NCBI RefSeq assembly: GCF_001194135.2
Contig: NC_068991.1
Span: 75,347,245-75,411,244, forward strand
Reading direction: 5' to 3'
Source: Octopus bimaculoides
Lineage: Eukaryota
DNA: 64,000 bases
Part shown: positions 39,904 through 53,821 of the stretch, one piece after another
How the letters are laid out: each line of letters starts with the position of its first letter
How positions within the stretch are numbered: the first letter of the stretch is position 1
Position numbers and translations under genes: made by a program
The notes under the pieces: model-generated
The model's database searches: none
What the model saw: the letters and a program-made list of their open reading frames with translations, nothing else
Told to the model about the DNA's origin: nothing

Positions 39904-41214
39904 GATTTTCACTCGCAGCGTATCGGTCGACTGGTAGCTGTAAAAAAAAAAATGATATTTGTTCAAGAAGTCATGGAATGGTTTTGAACCTGTGACCACC
40001 AACTTCTTAACCATTCAGCCTACTGAATGAAGTAACCAACTAGAAAGGTGAAACTAAAATTGATAAATAACAAAATTTTTCTGCTAAGTCTGTTTGTTGC
40101 CTCTATGAATTGGAAGATCATATTTATGGTCGATGGATCTTTGAAAATAAATTGCACCTCCAACCTTGGCTGCCATATTAAGACAGGTTTTAAAATGTCC
40201 TCTCTCACTCTTTCACTGATAATTTTTGCATTGGAACAGATAATGCCACGAGGTTTCTGAATAATCTCTACAATACCATAAAGGTGATTCCATACGACCT
40301 GTTACATTTGCTTATCTCTCGTTTGATTATTGGCAACTCATTTTTATTTTATGTTTATACGTTTTAGCGAGCATCACACTGCTACTTTTAATTAAGCTTC
40401 ATAGATACGTCGTTTCCGCCCCCCCCCCTTTTTTTTCTTCTGGTTTTTGGTTTTAATATAAGGTGAGGTTGGCTACGTCGAATTATTCGAACGTGTAAGG
40501 CAAAACCCGAACTTACAAATGATCTTCAAAACACTGTTGCAATGTTTGTTACAGCTTTTTTAAGTTCGGAAAATTGATGCACAACCCAATATCTTTTACT
40601 TCCAATGGATTTCAAGTACGTAGCACCGCTCGTATCATAGATTCCCAATGACAAAAATCGAACATGTTGTAGGGAGAACAATTGATGGTTTATTTCTAAA
40701 CGCTAGTGCTGAAAAGCTGGTAATTTTAGGAGAAAAAAGCAAAATCGTTCACAGGTTACTGAAAAATTGAAATATATTCCATTAAATCAAAGAGGCATGA
40801 TTACAAGCTTATCGTGTATGTACTTAATGTACACCAAACTATAGAATCTTTAAAGAAGAGAAAACATTCCTACGCATTTCTTCTTTAATAAAAGCTGTTG
40901 TGACATCGCAGTTTTGTTTCCATTATTTAGTTCCTGATAGCTACTCTCGTGTCATGATAAATCGGCTTCATATAAATGAATAATGGTTTGCACAATAAAA
41001 ACTCCCCACCAATTCTTTGTTGATTTGGTAGAACCAAAACCCCGATAGAGTTTGTAAAATTAATCGATTTATAATAATAGTTGTTTATGGCGCCAGTAGC
41101 AAGGGCCAGAAGGGATTTACACACAAAATACTTAAACGGAAAAATAGGAATACGACCTTTACATACACAGGACCTGAGAATGAAAATTCAAAATATCATC
41201 CAGAGAATGTTCTC

Positions 41215-41384
41215 GACAGGCGTAAGCGTGGCTGTGTGGTTAAGACGCTTACTGCCCAATCGTGTGGTCTTGGGTTCAGGTCACTGACCTGCACCTTTTG
41301 CAAATGTCTTCTTGTATATTCTCGAGCCGACCAAAGCCTCGTAGGTGGATTTGATGCACGGAACCTGAAAGAAACACTTTGTGC

Positions 41385-41418
<34 letters not shown>

Positions 41419-41600
41419 TCCTCACCATCGGTTGACAACTGCTGTTGGTTTCTTTACATCCCCGTAACATAACGGTTCGGCAAAAGAATTCCAATAAAAT
41501 AAATACCAGACTGAAAAAAAAAAAAACCTACTAGGATCGATTTGTTCGACCATACTAAAAGCGGTGCATCTGAATGACTGCAGTCCAATGACTGAATCCA
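41215..41600 (+). mobile_element. SINE family D
   Basis: gtggctgtgtggttaag head, internal (TG)n, 3' module. Confidence 0.75.
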
Positions 41601-42179
41601 GCGAAAGACAACTAAAGTCATTGAAAGAATTAATCTATTGGACAATATGCGCCGGTTATATGCGAACAGTTTCCAGTAAATTAATAAGTAGATAGTATTT
41701 ATATCCATCATATGAGGTTTGGCATTATCCATTTTTTTTATATAGATAATGTCAAACCTCGTATGATGGATACAGAACTAAATGTAATCGAAGGCAATGT
41801 CAAAGAAAGATGGAATCTATAGTTAAAATGATGTCACCCTTTAAATAGTCTTAACCTAAATTCCATTTTGTATTGGATTTCTTTGACTCTATTCAGTTTT
41901 TACAGCATCAGATGTCGATGTGAAATATGCACGAATTGATCGAAACCGTTAAAAACAGTTTTAATAAAATGCCAGTAGCGTAAGATAATGTTTTGTTAAC
42001 ATTGCAAACATCTATGGCGTATATAATGTCAAATGGGATTAATCTATAGAAAATATTTTGATCTGAATAAAGAAAATCTTCAAAGTGAAAATTGGCTGCT
42101 AAAAAAGTATTAATTATGACCCGAAGCTATCTCAAATGCGAATAGAAAATTACAAATACAAATTAAATTATTTGAATAG

Positions 42180-42522
42180 GCGTATGGATGGATGCGTGGT
42201 TATGACGTTTGATTCGTAAACACAGGGCTTCGAGTTCAGTCCTACTGCGAGGCAACTCGAGCAAGTGTTGTCTACTATACAACTGGGCTGACCAATTCTT
42301 TGGAAGTGAGCATGTTTGGTGGAAACTACGTGGAAGCTTGTGTGTGTCTTTGTGCCCTGTTCCTTCTCTGCTTGACAACTGCTGTTGGTTTGTTTCCGTT
42401 GTTGTCATTTAGCCGTTCGGCATAGAGACCGATAGAGTATCTGCGATCGAGTTGTTCGACTAACCTTACAAGGCAGTGTTCCAGCATGGCCGCAGTACAG
42501 AGACTGAAACAAGTAAAAGACT
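42180..42522 (+). mobile_element. SINE family D, diverged
   Basis: B box gttcagtcc, gagcaagtgttgtctactata, and the 3' module ending gactgaaacaagtaaaag. Confidence 0.7.
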
Positions 42523-42679
42523 AACTATTCTTCATAATTAATTAATAAAATAACTATCTTCATTGAGTTTGTCCACTTATTTCAGGATGAATTTTCATGC
42601 ATTAAATACAACACTTTTTGAAGGACGAGGGATATAGATATTAAGAAACGCTATTCATTACAGTGCAGTCTGGAACCTG

Positions 42680-43195
42680 AAATCTCAAAGAAGTTATCGC
42701 TGTTTATGGCCGTTCTACTTTCTGTTTCCTCCAGAATAGAGTAACGTCTGGAGATTCGTTTGAAGCTAAGCCAGAAGTTGAAAGCTATCTAAAGCATTCA
42801 AAACAGTATAGGAACAGTGTTTTGTCAACTACCGAGTGTCAACGAATGGACTGAAAATTCTTTTGATAATTGCTGCACAAATGTCACCTACCAAGAAATC
42901 GGAATCTCGAACATCTTTACTGATGCCAACATCCAGCATTTCCGTGTCGAACCGATGATTGGCTATTGATAAAGAATAAATTGTATGTATATTAGTCGTG
43001 TTTATGCGTATGAGATCATCCACAACAGGTTTGGCATTATTAAAATGGTTCGCAAGATGAGTCTACAATTCCCAAACAACTCACAAAATTGCACAGACAA
43101 AATTGTTTTCAGATTTGCCTGCGACTTTTGGATTGTTGTGTTGACAAAGGGGACGACATGGGAAAAAAAAAAAAAACTAATAATTGGTGATGATT
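42680..43195 (+). pseudogene. Decayed mariner (Tc1/mariner) transposase fragment
   Basis: Frameshifted KQYRNSVLS, SVNEWTE, TDANIQ, AYEIIHNR, QLTKLHRQ..ICLRLLD..IIGDD, paralleling the mariner WVP-x-x-LT and TGDETW regions. Confidence 0.65.
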
Positions 43196-43372
43196 TTTTT
43201 AAGTGCATTGAGAATAAATAAAGTCTCACAACTCATAATATAAAATATTTGACATACACAATATATATTTTTAATTGCCTGTTAATTTTGGAGATGTTCT
43301 CTGGACGAGCGTGAACTGCTTATCCTCCTCCCGACGTCGATAAAATATGATATTAGTGAAGTACTGAGACAC

Positions 43373-43430
<58 letters not shown>

Positions 43431-44249
43431 TACATATGTATATACATATATAATATGTACGTATACACTCATATATAAGGAGAAGGCGAGAGGGTGTTGG
43501 AGGGATAGAAAGAGAGCTATTACCATTGAAATAATGCTGAGCCCAAGAATCTGGTTAAGAAAATTATATCTGTCTTATAGATGTCTGAAGATATTAAGTA
43601 ATAACTTTTGAATCCCGAGGGAAGACATGATGACGTGGACGGGTCGGTGTGTGGTACAGCATTTAAAGAACTAACGAAGTATACATGTTTGCGTGTTTCT
43701 ATGCTTGTGCCTACGTGTGCATGCTCGCGCGCACACTTGTCGGATAAATACGTTTGTTTTCTTGCTACTGGACACTCCATCGTCATATGTATCAAAAGAA
43801 GGAAAATTTATTTCAATTTGAAAAACGATAAACATAAGTTGTAGAGGAAGAATAGTGCTACAAACAAAAAAAGCTTACAAAACTCTACAATAAAACATTT
43901 TTCGTGTTAATTCAAATAATATTGGAAGGGATTAAAATAAGCGGTCAAAGAAACGAACAACTGAATATGACAACATAGGATGTAAACTGAGAAAGAAAAC
44001 TGATAAATTGATCCTTTCGAGCTAAAATATCCCGTAATATTTGTTCCGTCCGAATCGCAAAAACACTTCCTTGTCACCTTCACAATCGTAAATGCACTGA
44101 AGCGCTGATTGGTCTGTTAGAAACTTGTAACGAACGACTTTATTGTTTACAATTGTTCACACGATTCAATTATAGAACGAATTCACTGCCTCGTTTAACA
44201 CCATCGGCTGGTTCGTGGGTGGTTTTAGCCCAGTCTACTCTATCACGTG

Positions 44250-44550
44250 TGAAGGTGCGTGGCTTAGTGGTCAGTTCAAGATCGTAGGGTCGTTAGTTCG
44301 ATTCCTGGCGGCGCGTTGTGTCGTTGGGCAAGACATTTTATTTCGCGTTGGCCCAGTCCACTCAGCTGGCAAAAACGAGTCGTACCTGTGATTCAAAGGC
44401 CAATCTTGTCACATAGCGTGTCATTCTGAATCTCCCCGAGAACTACGTTAAATGTACGCGTGTCTGTGGAGTGCTCAGCCACTTGCACGTTAATTTGACA
44501 AGCAGGCTGTTCCGTTGGTCAGATCAGTTGGAACCCTCGTCCTCATAACT
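44250..44550 (+). mobile_element. SINE family C variant (different middle segment)
   Basis: tRNA-like head, ttgggcaagacattttatttc CORE-like segment, then the shared ccccgagaactacgttaa...ggaaccctcgtc 3' part. Confidence 0.7.
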
Positions 44551-46294
44551 ATGTTGCGATCATTCGGGCTAGGTCTCCGGTTTGAGAATACCTGTCTCCC
44601 TTCCTCCCTACCATTCAGCAGTCTCAGAAGCCCTGTAAAGGGTCATGGCTACTGTTACTTCCACTTGATTAAAAAAAAAGATAAAAAACCCTTCGAGCCC
44701 TGGATAAAACCCTGAAGCTGAGAATTGAGCCTGAAGGTTTTTCAACTGCATTTAAAGATCGTTGACTTCCTGCTGGAAGCTTTAACGTGGAAACGTGGTT
44801 GTGTGGATAAGATGTTCACTTCGCAACCACGATGGAAACGACCACAATCCAACAACGGCAACAAATAAAAGAATATATGTTACGTACAGAGTTGTTGATG
44901 TAGCTATTAACTACAATTATTAGCTACATCATAGTCATGCAACTGGACACCTCTGTTATAGACAGTCATGTTTTATATAATGGAGACTAAGTTAGTCTGA
45001 AAAGTTTCACAAACAACTGGAGAGAAAGTAGTCTGGAAATATTATTGAATTAAGTTATGAAAGTTGGTAAAAATAAAATATACTTTAATTGGCTTGTCAT
45101 GTCAAGTGGGCAGAAATATTATTAATAAAAGAGACTGGAGAATCTAAATATCCTCCCACGGAGACACGAGAAGTATAATGCAGAGACATAATAGTGGTCC
45201 TTTTGATAATTAACATTCCTAAGGCAATGAACTGGCAGAATCTGTAGGACGCCGGGCGAAATGCTTAACGGCATTTCGCCCGTCGCTACGTTCCGAGTTC
45301 AAATTCCACCGAAGTCGACTTTGCTTTTCATCCTTTCGGGGTCGATAAAATAAGCAGTAGTTGAGCCCTAGGGTCGATGCAATTACTCCTCCTCCGAAAA
45401 GTAACATTCTTGAGGCGATGAACTGGCAGATTCGTTAGCATGCCGAGCAAAATGCTTAGCAGCATTTCGTCCGGCTTTTTACGTTCTGAGTTCAAATTCC
45501 ACCGAATCTGAGGTCAACTTTGCATTTCATCCTTTCGTGGTCGATGAACAAAGTACCGGTTGTAATCGACTCATCTCCCCCACAAACTTGCTAGTCTTGT
45601 TCCAAAATTTGAAACCGGTTATAAGCATTTCTAAATTTGACCCAAAGATATAGATGATTTGAGGGAAGGGTATTTGGTCATAAATGTCATCGTCAATACT
45701 TGAGTCAAACTTTCTTCTATCGACGCCAAAGCCCGAAAGGTAAATATAATCACTGTAGGGTTTGAACTCAGAATGGTAGTAAAGGGATGCCAACAAATGT
45801 CGCCAGCAATTTGTTCGATGCACTGTTAGTTCTGCAAATTCATTATTGTTATCATAATAAAGGTGGTGAGTTGGCAGAATTTTTACTGCACCGGACAAAA
45901 TGCTTTGCACCGAGGTCTTCTTAGCCTATAATCCTTTGGGAGGGGGGTCGATAAAAAAAGTATGAGTGAAACATTGGGGACGATGCATCGTCCACTGACT
46001 CTCATCCCTGAAATTACTGGCCTTGTACCAACAGAAGAAAAATTTCTTGTTTTTTTTTTAATGTTTACTTATGTTTTTATGTCAAAACCCTCTGCCCCTT
46101 GCTTTTGTATAGTCCGTTTTGTTTTCTGTTCAGCCCTTGTGGCTAATAAAGAAAGGATAATAATAATAAAATAATCAGAAAAGTATCAGATAGCTGAAAA
46201 GAATAGATAGCGTGGTACGGTAGGCTGCAGGTAGTAGTAAGCCCGCTAGGCATGTAAGACTCGGGGAGCTCCAACGAAACCTGTGATAAGGAGA

Positions 46295-46329
<35 letters not shown>

Positions 46330-46336
46330 TAATAAT

Positions 46337-46880
46337 TGGCTCTCATGGCTTCTGATCTTAATTGATTGGAAGCGTCATCATGTACATTGTTTTGTCTTGG
46401 TATCACAGATGGGGTACAGCAAATATTCTACTTAATACCACAGATTTGCAAGCAGTGGCTCTCATGGCTTCTGATCTTAATTGATTGGAAGTGTTATTAT
46501 GTACATTGTTTTGTCTTGGTATAACAGATGGGCTATAGCAAATATTCTGCTTAATACCACAGATTTGATGCCCGGATGCAGAACCAGGCAGTGGCTCTCA
46601 TGGCTTCAGATCTTAATTGATTGGAAGTGTTATCATGTACATTGTTTTGTCTTGGTATAACAGATGGGCTACAGTAAATATTCTGCTCAATACCACAGAT
46701 TTGCTTGTCAGTTGTTTGACTTTAACCAGTTGAGCATGGTTGCTGGCGATATGTGCATCTGTGATCATGAGCAGAAGTAGTGGGGGAGCATCATCCATAT
46801 GTTGAGAGGAATTCTTTGAGGTTTGAATAACTCGCCTTTGGAAACATGGGTGTTTTGCTCAACATCCTTAAACAATACAA
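46337..46880 (+). repeat. Interspersed repeat with a tandemly triplicated ~110-bp segment
   Basis: Units start at 46337, 46456 and 46592 (tggctctcatggcttctgatcttaattgattggaag...ccacagatttg). The same family continues at about 49250-49510, with a 3' end at about 20172-20215. Confidence 0.8.
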
Positions 46881-46999
46881 ATCCCCGGTAGACACAATAT
46901 CTTCAATCAACAACCTCACGATATTGCATACTGTGCGACGTCTATAATAATAATAATAATAGTAATAATAATAATAATAATTCTGTGAGATGAGGTTTT

Positions 47000-47600
47000 A
47001 GATCTTGCATGATTCTTTTTGTTACATAGTTGCTAATTTTAATTTGCTTTTTAATTTATATTGTATTTGCGAGTTTATGAAGTGGTTCTCTATCATGCAC
47101 ATTGGCATGCCTTACAACTGCAAGCCTATTCAGGATTTTCTGTTTCATTTCTTTCTGTGTTCTTCAGCAAATATGTGGTCTTCAAATACTGTTTCTTTAC
47201 CACTTTCGTCACTATCGTTATCAGGTTCATTACATTTTATTTCTTCAGACATTTGCATGTTCTGGTCAGATGGCGGTCTTTCAGTTGAGACTCGTGGAGG
47301 GTTGTTCTCTTCGTCTGATTCTTTATTTCCTTTCTGTTTTATATCCAAGTCATTCTCCGATGCGTGCCTGAACGCGGTTAATCCGCTATCAGTGAGTTTA
47401 TCATTTCTAAAGATAACCCTCCTAATATTTGCTAACTTGTTTTTGTCCAAATATCGTCTGCTGTCTTTATTTCGTATTCTCCATATTTGATACGAGTGTG
47501 CAGCATGTTTCTTTTCTGAAGGGCTACCTAATAAGCGTAGTAATAAGCGTATATTACTCCATGAGTCCTTTCGATTCTCTTACAGTTCTCTTTCTGTGGT
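47000..47600 (-). pseudogene. Probable N-terminal ORF fragment of an R4/Dong-like element
   Basis: Frameshifted VIYAYYYA / YQIWRIRNKDSRRYLDKNKLANIRRVIFRNDKLTD followed by an acidic low-complexity stretch. Resembles recalled N-termini of this clade; not database-verified. Confidence 0.5.
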
Positions 47601-48864
47601 GGCTTTTTTGGTGAATTTGGAGGGATCGAGTTGGGGAAGTTCCCGTTCAAGAGATTATCCAGGTTTGTATTCAGAGAAAAGTTTGTGTCAGTGGATGATT
47701 TTTTGACCCCAGGCTGGATGCGCTTCGAACTTATCCATAGGAAAAGCGATTCGGTGTACTGTTGTAGTTTTCGTTTTTGTTACGTAAGATGTTTTTGTGC
47801 TACATTAAAATCATTAGTATTTGAGTCCCGTGTCCAAGATGAAGAGACGGTTATAATATCTGCTACTACTGTCAACTCCGCCATTATTACTGTTATGTTT
47901 ACTTCCAGCTTACTGTTATAGCAGCAGTGGACGTCGTTAGTTAGCACCAATACCGCCATGGCCTGTATCACTGCAGTCAGCCTTTATAACCATGGTAACA
48001 GGGTAGCGGTAATCATCGTTGTTATGAGCTGCTGCAGAATTCATTTAAGTCTGCCATCTTTGCTCCTGCTACTGAGTAATGTTAAAGGTTTATAGTTTCG
48101 ACGTTTATCTTGTACTTGAGATAATCGTAAATGCGTGAGGGATAGATGGATAGCAGGAGGAAGATAAGTAGCTTGGTAAAAAACACAGCCTAATACCAGG
48201 AGTCTGTGAACAAGTTCAACAGATGGTGACAAGATCAACAAGGGATCTGGCTTACACAAAAGGAGCGAGTAATCTCTACAGCAGATGTTAAATATGTGTT
48301 TACTACCAAAGTGACCTTGAAAGAAACAAATCACTTTCTTCCGTTTTAAGTACTGATAGTATATATGTACACACACACACACACACACACACTGAAATTT
48401 ACACCGTTGATTTTTTTTCTTTCTATAGGTTTTGTTGTGACTTACAGTTTTCGTAATTGGGCAGTTTGTAAATATTGACAGTTGCTTATCTCTTGTATTT
48501 TTTTATTTTTCAGTTTTTGGAGAGCGTTTGGAGGAGCTGCACTTTTTTTCCAGGATACGAAGGAGCGTGTTAGAGACGCTAGAAGAAATTAAAAGATTAT
48601 GTATTCAGAGAGTTACTTATTTTGAAATTGCTAAAGTTAGACAATCGAGGGTGTTTAATGGTGTTTTTGCAATAAAAAGAGACGTTCACATATTCGAATA
48701 GTCATGGAGAAAGGAAAGATTAAATATTCACACAAAAAAAGTGCCGATACTGCAACGATGAGATTGAAACAGTAAACCACCTAATCTCTGGGTGTAAGGT
48801 TTTAGCACCAGTAGAGTATAAATGAAGACATGACAGAATTGGTCAATATATAAGCAGGTTAATA

Positions 48865-49247
48865 TGTCGGCATTATAAAATCAAAACTGCTGACAAATGG
48901 TACAAACACCACCCTGACGCTGTAACTGAGGGAGAAAATGTAACAATTCTTTGAGACTTCCCAGTATGTACAGGTCGGACCATTAAGGCAAATAAACCAG
49001 ATATTGTTGTGAAAGACCAAAACAATAAAGTCTGTTTATTGATTGACATGAGTATGCCCTGTGACCATCATATCTCGGCAAAAGAATTTGATAAGCTCAG
49101 AAAATATAAAGATCTGCTAATCGAAATTGAAAGGATGCGGCATCTCAAGACGGTTACAATACCAATGATTGTAGGAGCACTTGGAATGATCAGAAAAGGA
49201 ACTGAAAATTATTTGAGAATGATCCCTGGTTTACCATCCATGCAGGA
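48865..49247 (+). pseudogene. R4/Dong-type endonuclease domain fragment
   Basis: WYKHHPDAVTEGENVTIL*DFPV...NKPDIVVKD..CLLIDMSMP..AKEFDKLRKYKDL..TIPMIVGALG, a PD-(D/E)xK restriction-like endonuclease signature. Confidence 0.85.
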
Positions 49248-49529
49248 TAATTCACCTCTGGAAACATAGGCGTTTCGTTCAACATCCTTAAACAACCCTT
49301 ATTCAGGGACCTTCTGAGAGGGATGGGCTACTCGGCCTAAAGAAAATTCTAACTGGGCCACACCTGCAAGGTGATGCGCTGTTTATCTTGAAATAAGATC
49401 ACCATGTCGCGCACATATGGTTGTGATGCCTGTGCCTGGTGTACCCTTATCAGACGGGTAGTCATGATGGGTATAGTGGGCATCGTATATTTTACCCCGG
49501 TGTCATTTTGATAATATCAGGCTTGTGTA

Positions 49530-50395
49530 GGATGTAAGATTGCAAAGATTAAGCACTATACAAGAAACTGAAAACGAATGAAACTGAAAATAGGTGGGTA
49601 AAGAAAAGAATGCATGGTCAATTTCATAGGGATGTCGAAGATAAGACACACAGAGAAAAAAGAACCGGAAACGGAGGCTCTAATCTGTGCTGCCCAGCAG
49701 CAAGCACTAAGAATAAACTACAAAAAATACAGAAGAGACAACACAGCAGAAAGTGATAAGTGCAGAATCTGTGGACAAAACGGTGAAACCGTATGGCACA
49801 TTACCAGCCAATATACGCCACTAGCCCAGAAGGAATATAAGAGACGCCACGACAATACAGGCAGGCTTGTCCACTGGACACATTGCAACAAGTATGGACA
49901 TGACAGAGCAAAAAATTGGTACAACCTCAAGCCTGAAGACATCGTCGAAAATAGAAATGCAATGATCCTATGAGATTTTGATTCAGTGCGACCATGAGAT
50001 AGAGAATAGGAAGCCAGACATTTGAGAAAGAAAACAAACTATGCTGGATCATAGATATAGCATGCCCAACTGACAGCAAGGTATGCGATAAGGAAGAAAG
50101 AAAAGTCGAGAGATATGACAGGTTAGCTTGGAAAGTTAAGCAGTTGTGATCGAAGAAAAAGGTGATGGTAGTACCAATAATTGTCGGAGCCCTGGGAACA
50201 GTGAGCATAAATCTTGAGAAGTACGTGGAACAAATAGGGGCTGCAATAAGGGTGGAACACTTGCAAAAAACAACACTACTAGGAACCGCTCGAATACTCC
50301 GGAAGGTGCTCGGAAAATAAGAGGCGTTACCTTAGTTCACTGGTAGTTAACAGCTGACACTGTAGTACATTTCCAGCATTAGAAGCTGTGCAAAG
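49530..50395 (+). mobile_element. 5'-truncated R4/Dong-type LINE with 3' UTR ending in (TAA)n
   Basis: ETEALICAAQQQAL..KCRICGQNGETVWHI..LAQKEYKRRHD..RKPDI..WIIDIACP..VPIIVGALG..LGTARILRKVLGK* (stop 50318-50320). (TAA)n at about 50396-50445. Confidence 0.88.
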
Positions 50396-50412
50396 GCAAT
50401 AATAATAACAAC

Positions 50413-50445
<33 letters not shown>

Positions 50446-51640
50446 CTGGTGCATACACAACATAGAATGTGTGTCAAATAGCCAGCCTGTGTTAATTAGA
50501 GAGATTATGCTAAACCAACTTCGGCACCTCATGGGGTTGCTTACATTGCTAAAGATAGTAACCAAATCTACCCAAACTATTTCCTTTAGTCTTCGGGATT
50601 TACTATTTCGGAAAAAGAAAAAAAAGGAAGATAGTGATGGCTATAACTTGAGTATAAACTTATTCCATCAGTGCTTTACTTGATGTTAACAACAATATCA
50701 ACAACAACAACAACAAACCTCCTGCGTGGCATAAAAAATTATTGTTAGTGCAAACTATAATATTACTAAAGAAAAATTGGGTAAAGAAAGAAAATCAAAC
50801 GAATTTTGAATAACTATGAAGAATTTGGTAGACTAATTTTTCCAAGGATTGTATTAAAAAATAATTCCCCAGAGTAATGAATATAAATAAAGCAGAAGCC
50901 AGACAGCAGCGACAAAGGAAAACAGGACTTCTGGGAGGTTTTATTGTTATATGAAAGGAAACGGAGCAAAAGCTAGAAATATGAAACTTAATACGGACAG
51001 ACTTAAAGGCGACAAACTAGAAGAATCGTTAGCACGCCGGATAAAATGCTTAGTGACATTTCTTCCAACTTTATGTTCTGAGTTCAAATGTCACTGAGAT
51101 CGACTTTGCTTTTCATCCTTTCGGGGTCGATAAAGTTCATGCCTTGTGACTAGAGTAGAAATAACAACTATGCAGTAAGTGGTGGAGTCTCCGTCGATTT
51201 TGATGGTAAGAAAATGAAGTTTGAGAATATGGCTATAACCACCTCATAAGGAAGGAAGAAAACGGCATTTAAGGCATTGTGTGCGCGTGAGGTAGTGGAG
51301 TATGAGAAATTTGAAATTTTGTGGGAAAAAAAACTTTCAGAATCGAAATTCTTGTATGAAACACAGCAGTACTCAAAATAAAAGGGAGAAAATCCATGGA
51401 AATCCTTGTCGTTTTCCTTTCTCATGGGGTAGCGATAAAATAAATAAAATTATGTCGTCGAGCGTTCATTTGTTTGACGAACCGAAATCGTACACGTGAT
51501 ATTAATGTATACGTGTCTGGTTGTTCTTCAGACACCTGTGTAGCCTTCACATAAGTCTTATGCTGAATAAGTATGACACAATGTGACGGTGCTGGACTTT
51601 GGAATTGCATGTAAAATTCAGAGCGAAAAAAACCCAAAGG

Positions 51641-51691
<51 letters not shown>

Positions 51692-53424
51692 GTCTTAGTA
51701 TTAGGCTGGTACTTTATTTACCGAATCTGGAAGAATGAAAGAGGTTGACCTCGACACGGCTGGATTTGAACTGAGATCACAGACTGCCAAAACGAATATC
51801 GCATGGCATTTTACACGACATTCTTAAGAGATTTTACCACCTTAATCCAAGAAGTAACCAGGCTGTTGCCATGCATTTTCGGCTGGAATATATAAAATTC
51901 CAAACATCTGACTCAAATATTAACAAATTAATTATGAGCAACAACTACGACATGCTAGGTAGGAGGGAGGGCGGAAAAGCTGTAATAACTTAAAAGCTTT
52001 TGATCCTATGTTTGTTCCATTAGGGCCGAACTTGTTGGTATTAAACAACGACGATAAAACTTCTACGCGTGACATGTAAAAAAACAAAAAAAAGAAGCAC
52101 GATAGAATAAAAACTGTAATATTAATAACTAAAAATTGGATAAAATCAAGAGAAAATTTTACGTAGCAATCCAGAAAGTAACTAAGTTGCTGCAATGAAA
52201 ATATGAGTGAAATAGAAAGAGTTTCACACTTCTTATTAAAATATTGACAAATTAATTCTAAACGAGAAATATGGCATGTTAGGTTGCCGAGAGAAAAACG
52301 CAATAAAATCGTAAAATGTAGCGTTTTATAGGCAACTGAAGGAAAATCGATACTAATTCCTGAATCATAAGAGATACCCAACTTTTAGGAACTCGAGGTC
52401 AAAAGCATGTCTGTTTGCAAAGTGTGTCAGTTATTCTATGTAAGAATTATAAATCACCATGAAAAAGAATATAAATATTTTTCTTTTTGAAAACAGAAAT
52501 GGTGTTGCGTAAAGTTCATACGGCTACCGACGTCAACAGAGCTGTCACAAGATGATGACCTGCTAGAAATAACAATCTGCTTGAACGACAGGACAGAGGC
52601 TAAAAACACCAATATTAATTACAAAATCGGTTTGTTCATTGAGTGAATGAAGGGGGTGCACCGTTCGCTCGACTTGCTAGAAGTAATTGCCTACACTCTC
52701 TCCAATCACACTTTTGTGTTTTTAAAAAGGAATAATGTAGTCTTAGATGCTTTATGTCTAAATTAAAAACAAAAAAGACTGAAGAGTTAAAGCTGGAACG
52801 ATTTTGATAATATTTCTGCTCAATCAAAACAGATCTGGACTTAAGCAACAACAACAACAACAACAGCAACAACAATAGCAGCAGCAGCAACAACAGCGAC
52901 AACAACTCGCACATAGACGATCAAAATGTAGAAAATATGCAAAACGCTTCAGGAACGGAAAGCAACAAATAAATGAATCAAACTAATGTCGTAAATAAAG
53001 AGCTAGGAGAGTTAGGTGTTTCGGACAGTAGTTCTTCATCATAAACCAGTTGTAAAGTAAAAACAGAATAAATAAATAAGGCTTTAATCGGCCCGGGGCT
53101 ATAGTAGAAGACACTTTCCCAAGGTGCTACAGAAGCCATGTGGTTGGTAAGCAAGCTACTTACCACACAGCCACTCCTCCGCCTATGATTAGGTCAATAT
53201 AATTAAAACTGAAAAACCACGACTAATGAAATAATAGACATCGTTTTTCGAATTGACTGCTGTTGTAATACGCTTGACTGGAAATCATAGTGAAACAGCG
53301 AAAGTAATTAAATAGAAATCAGCAAAAATAACGTTTAAATTTATCGGTAGCTAAGTAAAACCAAACATTTAGAAAAATATATCTTAACACAGACCTCAAT
53401 AGAATATTTTTGTAATGGTAAATA

Positions 53425-53821
53425 AGTGGAAGCGCAATGACCCAGTGGTAATGGCCCAGTGGTTAGGCAGCGGACTCGCGGTCGTAGGATCGCGGTTTCG
53501 ATTCCAGATCGGTCGTTGTGAGTGTTTATTGAGCGAAAATACCTAAAAGCACCACGAGGCTCTAACAAGGAGTGGTGGCGAATCCTGCTGTACTCTTTCA
53601 CCCCAACTTCCTCTCACACTTACTTCCTGTTTCTGTTGTGCCTGTAATTCAAAGGGTCAGCCTTGTCACACTGTGTCACGCTGAATATCCCCGAGAACTA
53701 CGTTAAGGGTACACGTGTCTGTGGAGTGCTCAGCCACTTGCACATTAATTTCACGAGCAGGCTGTTCCGTTGATCGGAGCAACTGGAACTCTCGTCGTCG
53801 TAACCGACGGAGTGCCACGAC
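53425..53821 (+). mobile_element. SINE family C, full length with TSD
   Basis: 12-bp TSD TAATGGTAAATA at 53413-53424 and 53822-53833. Confidence 0.9.

Noticed and set aside
43950-44250. Mildly CpG-rich stretch as a promoter of a neighbouring gene
   Set aside because: No downstream exon or ORF could be linked to it in either direction within the window.
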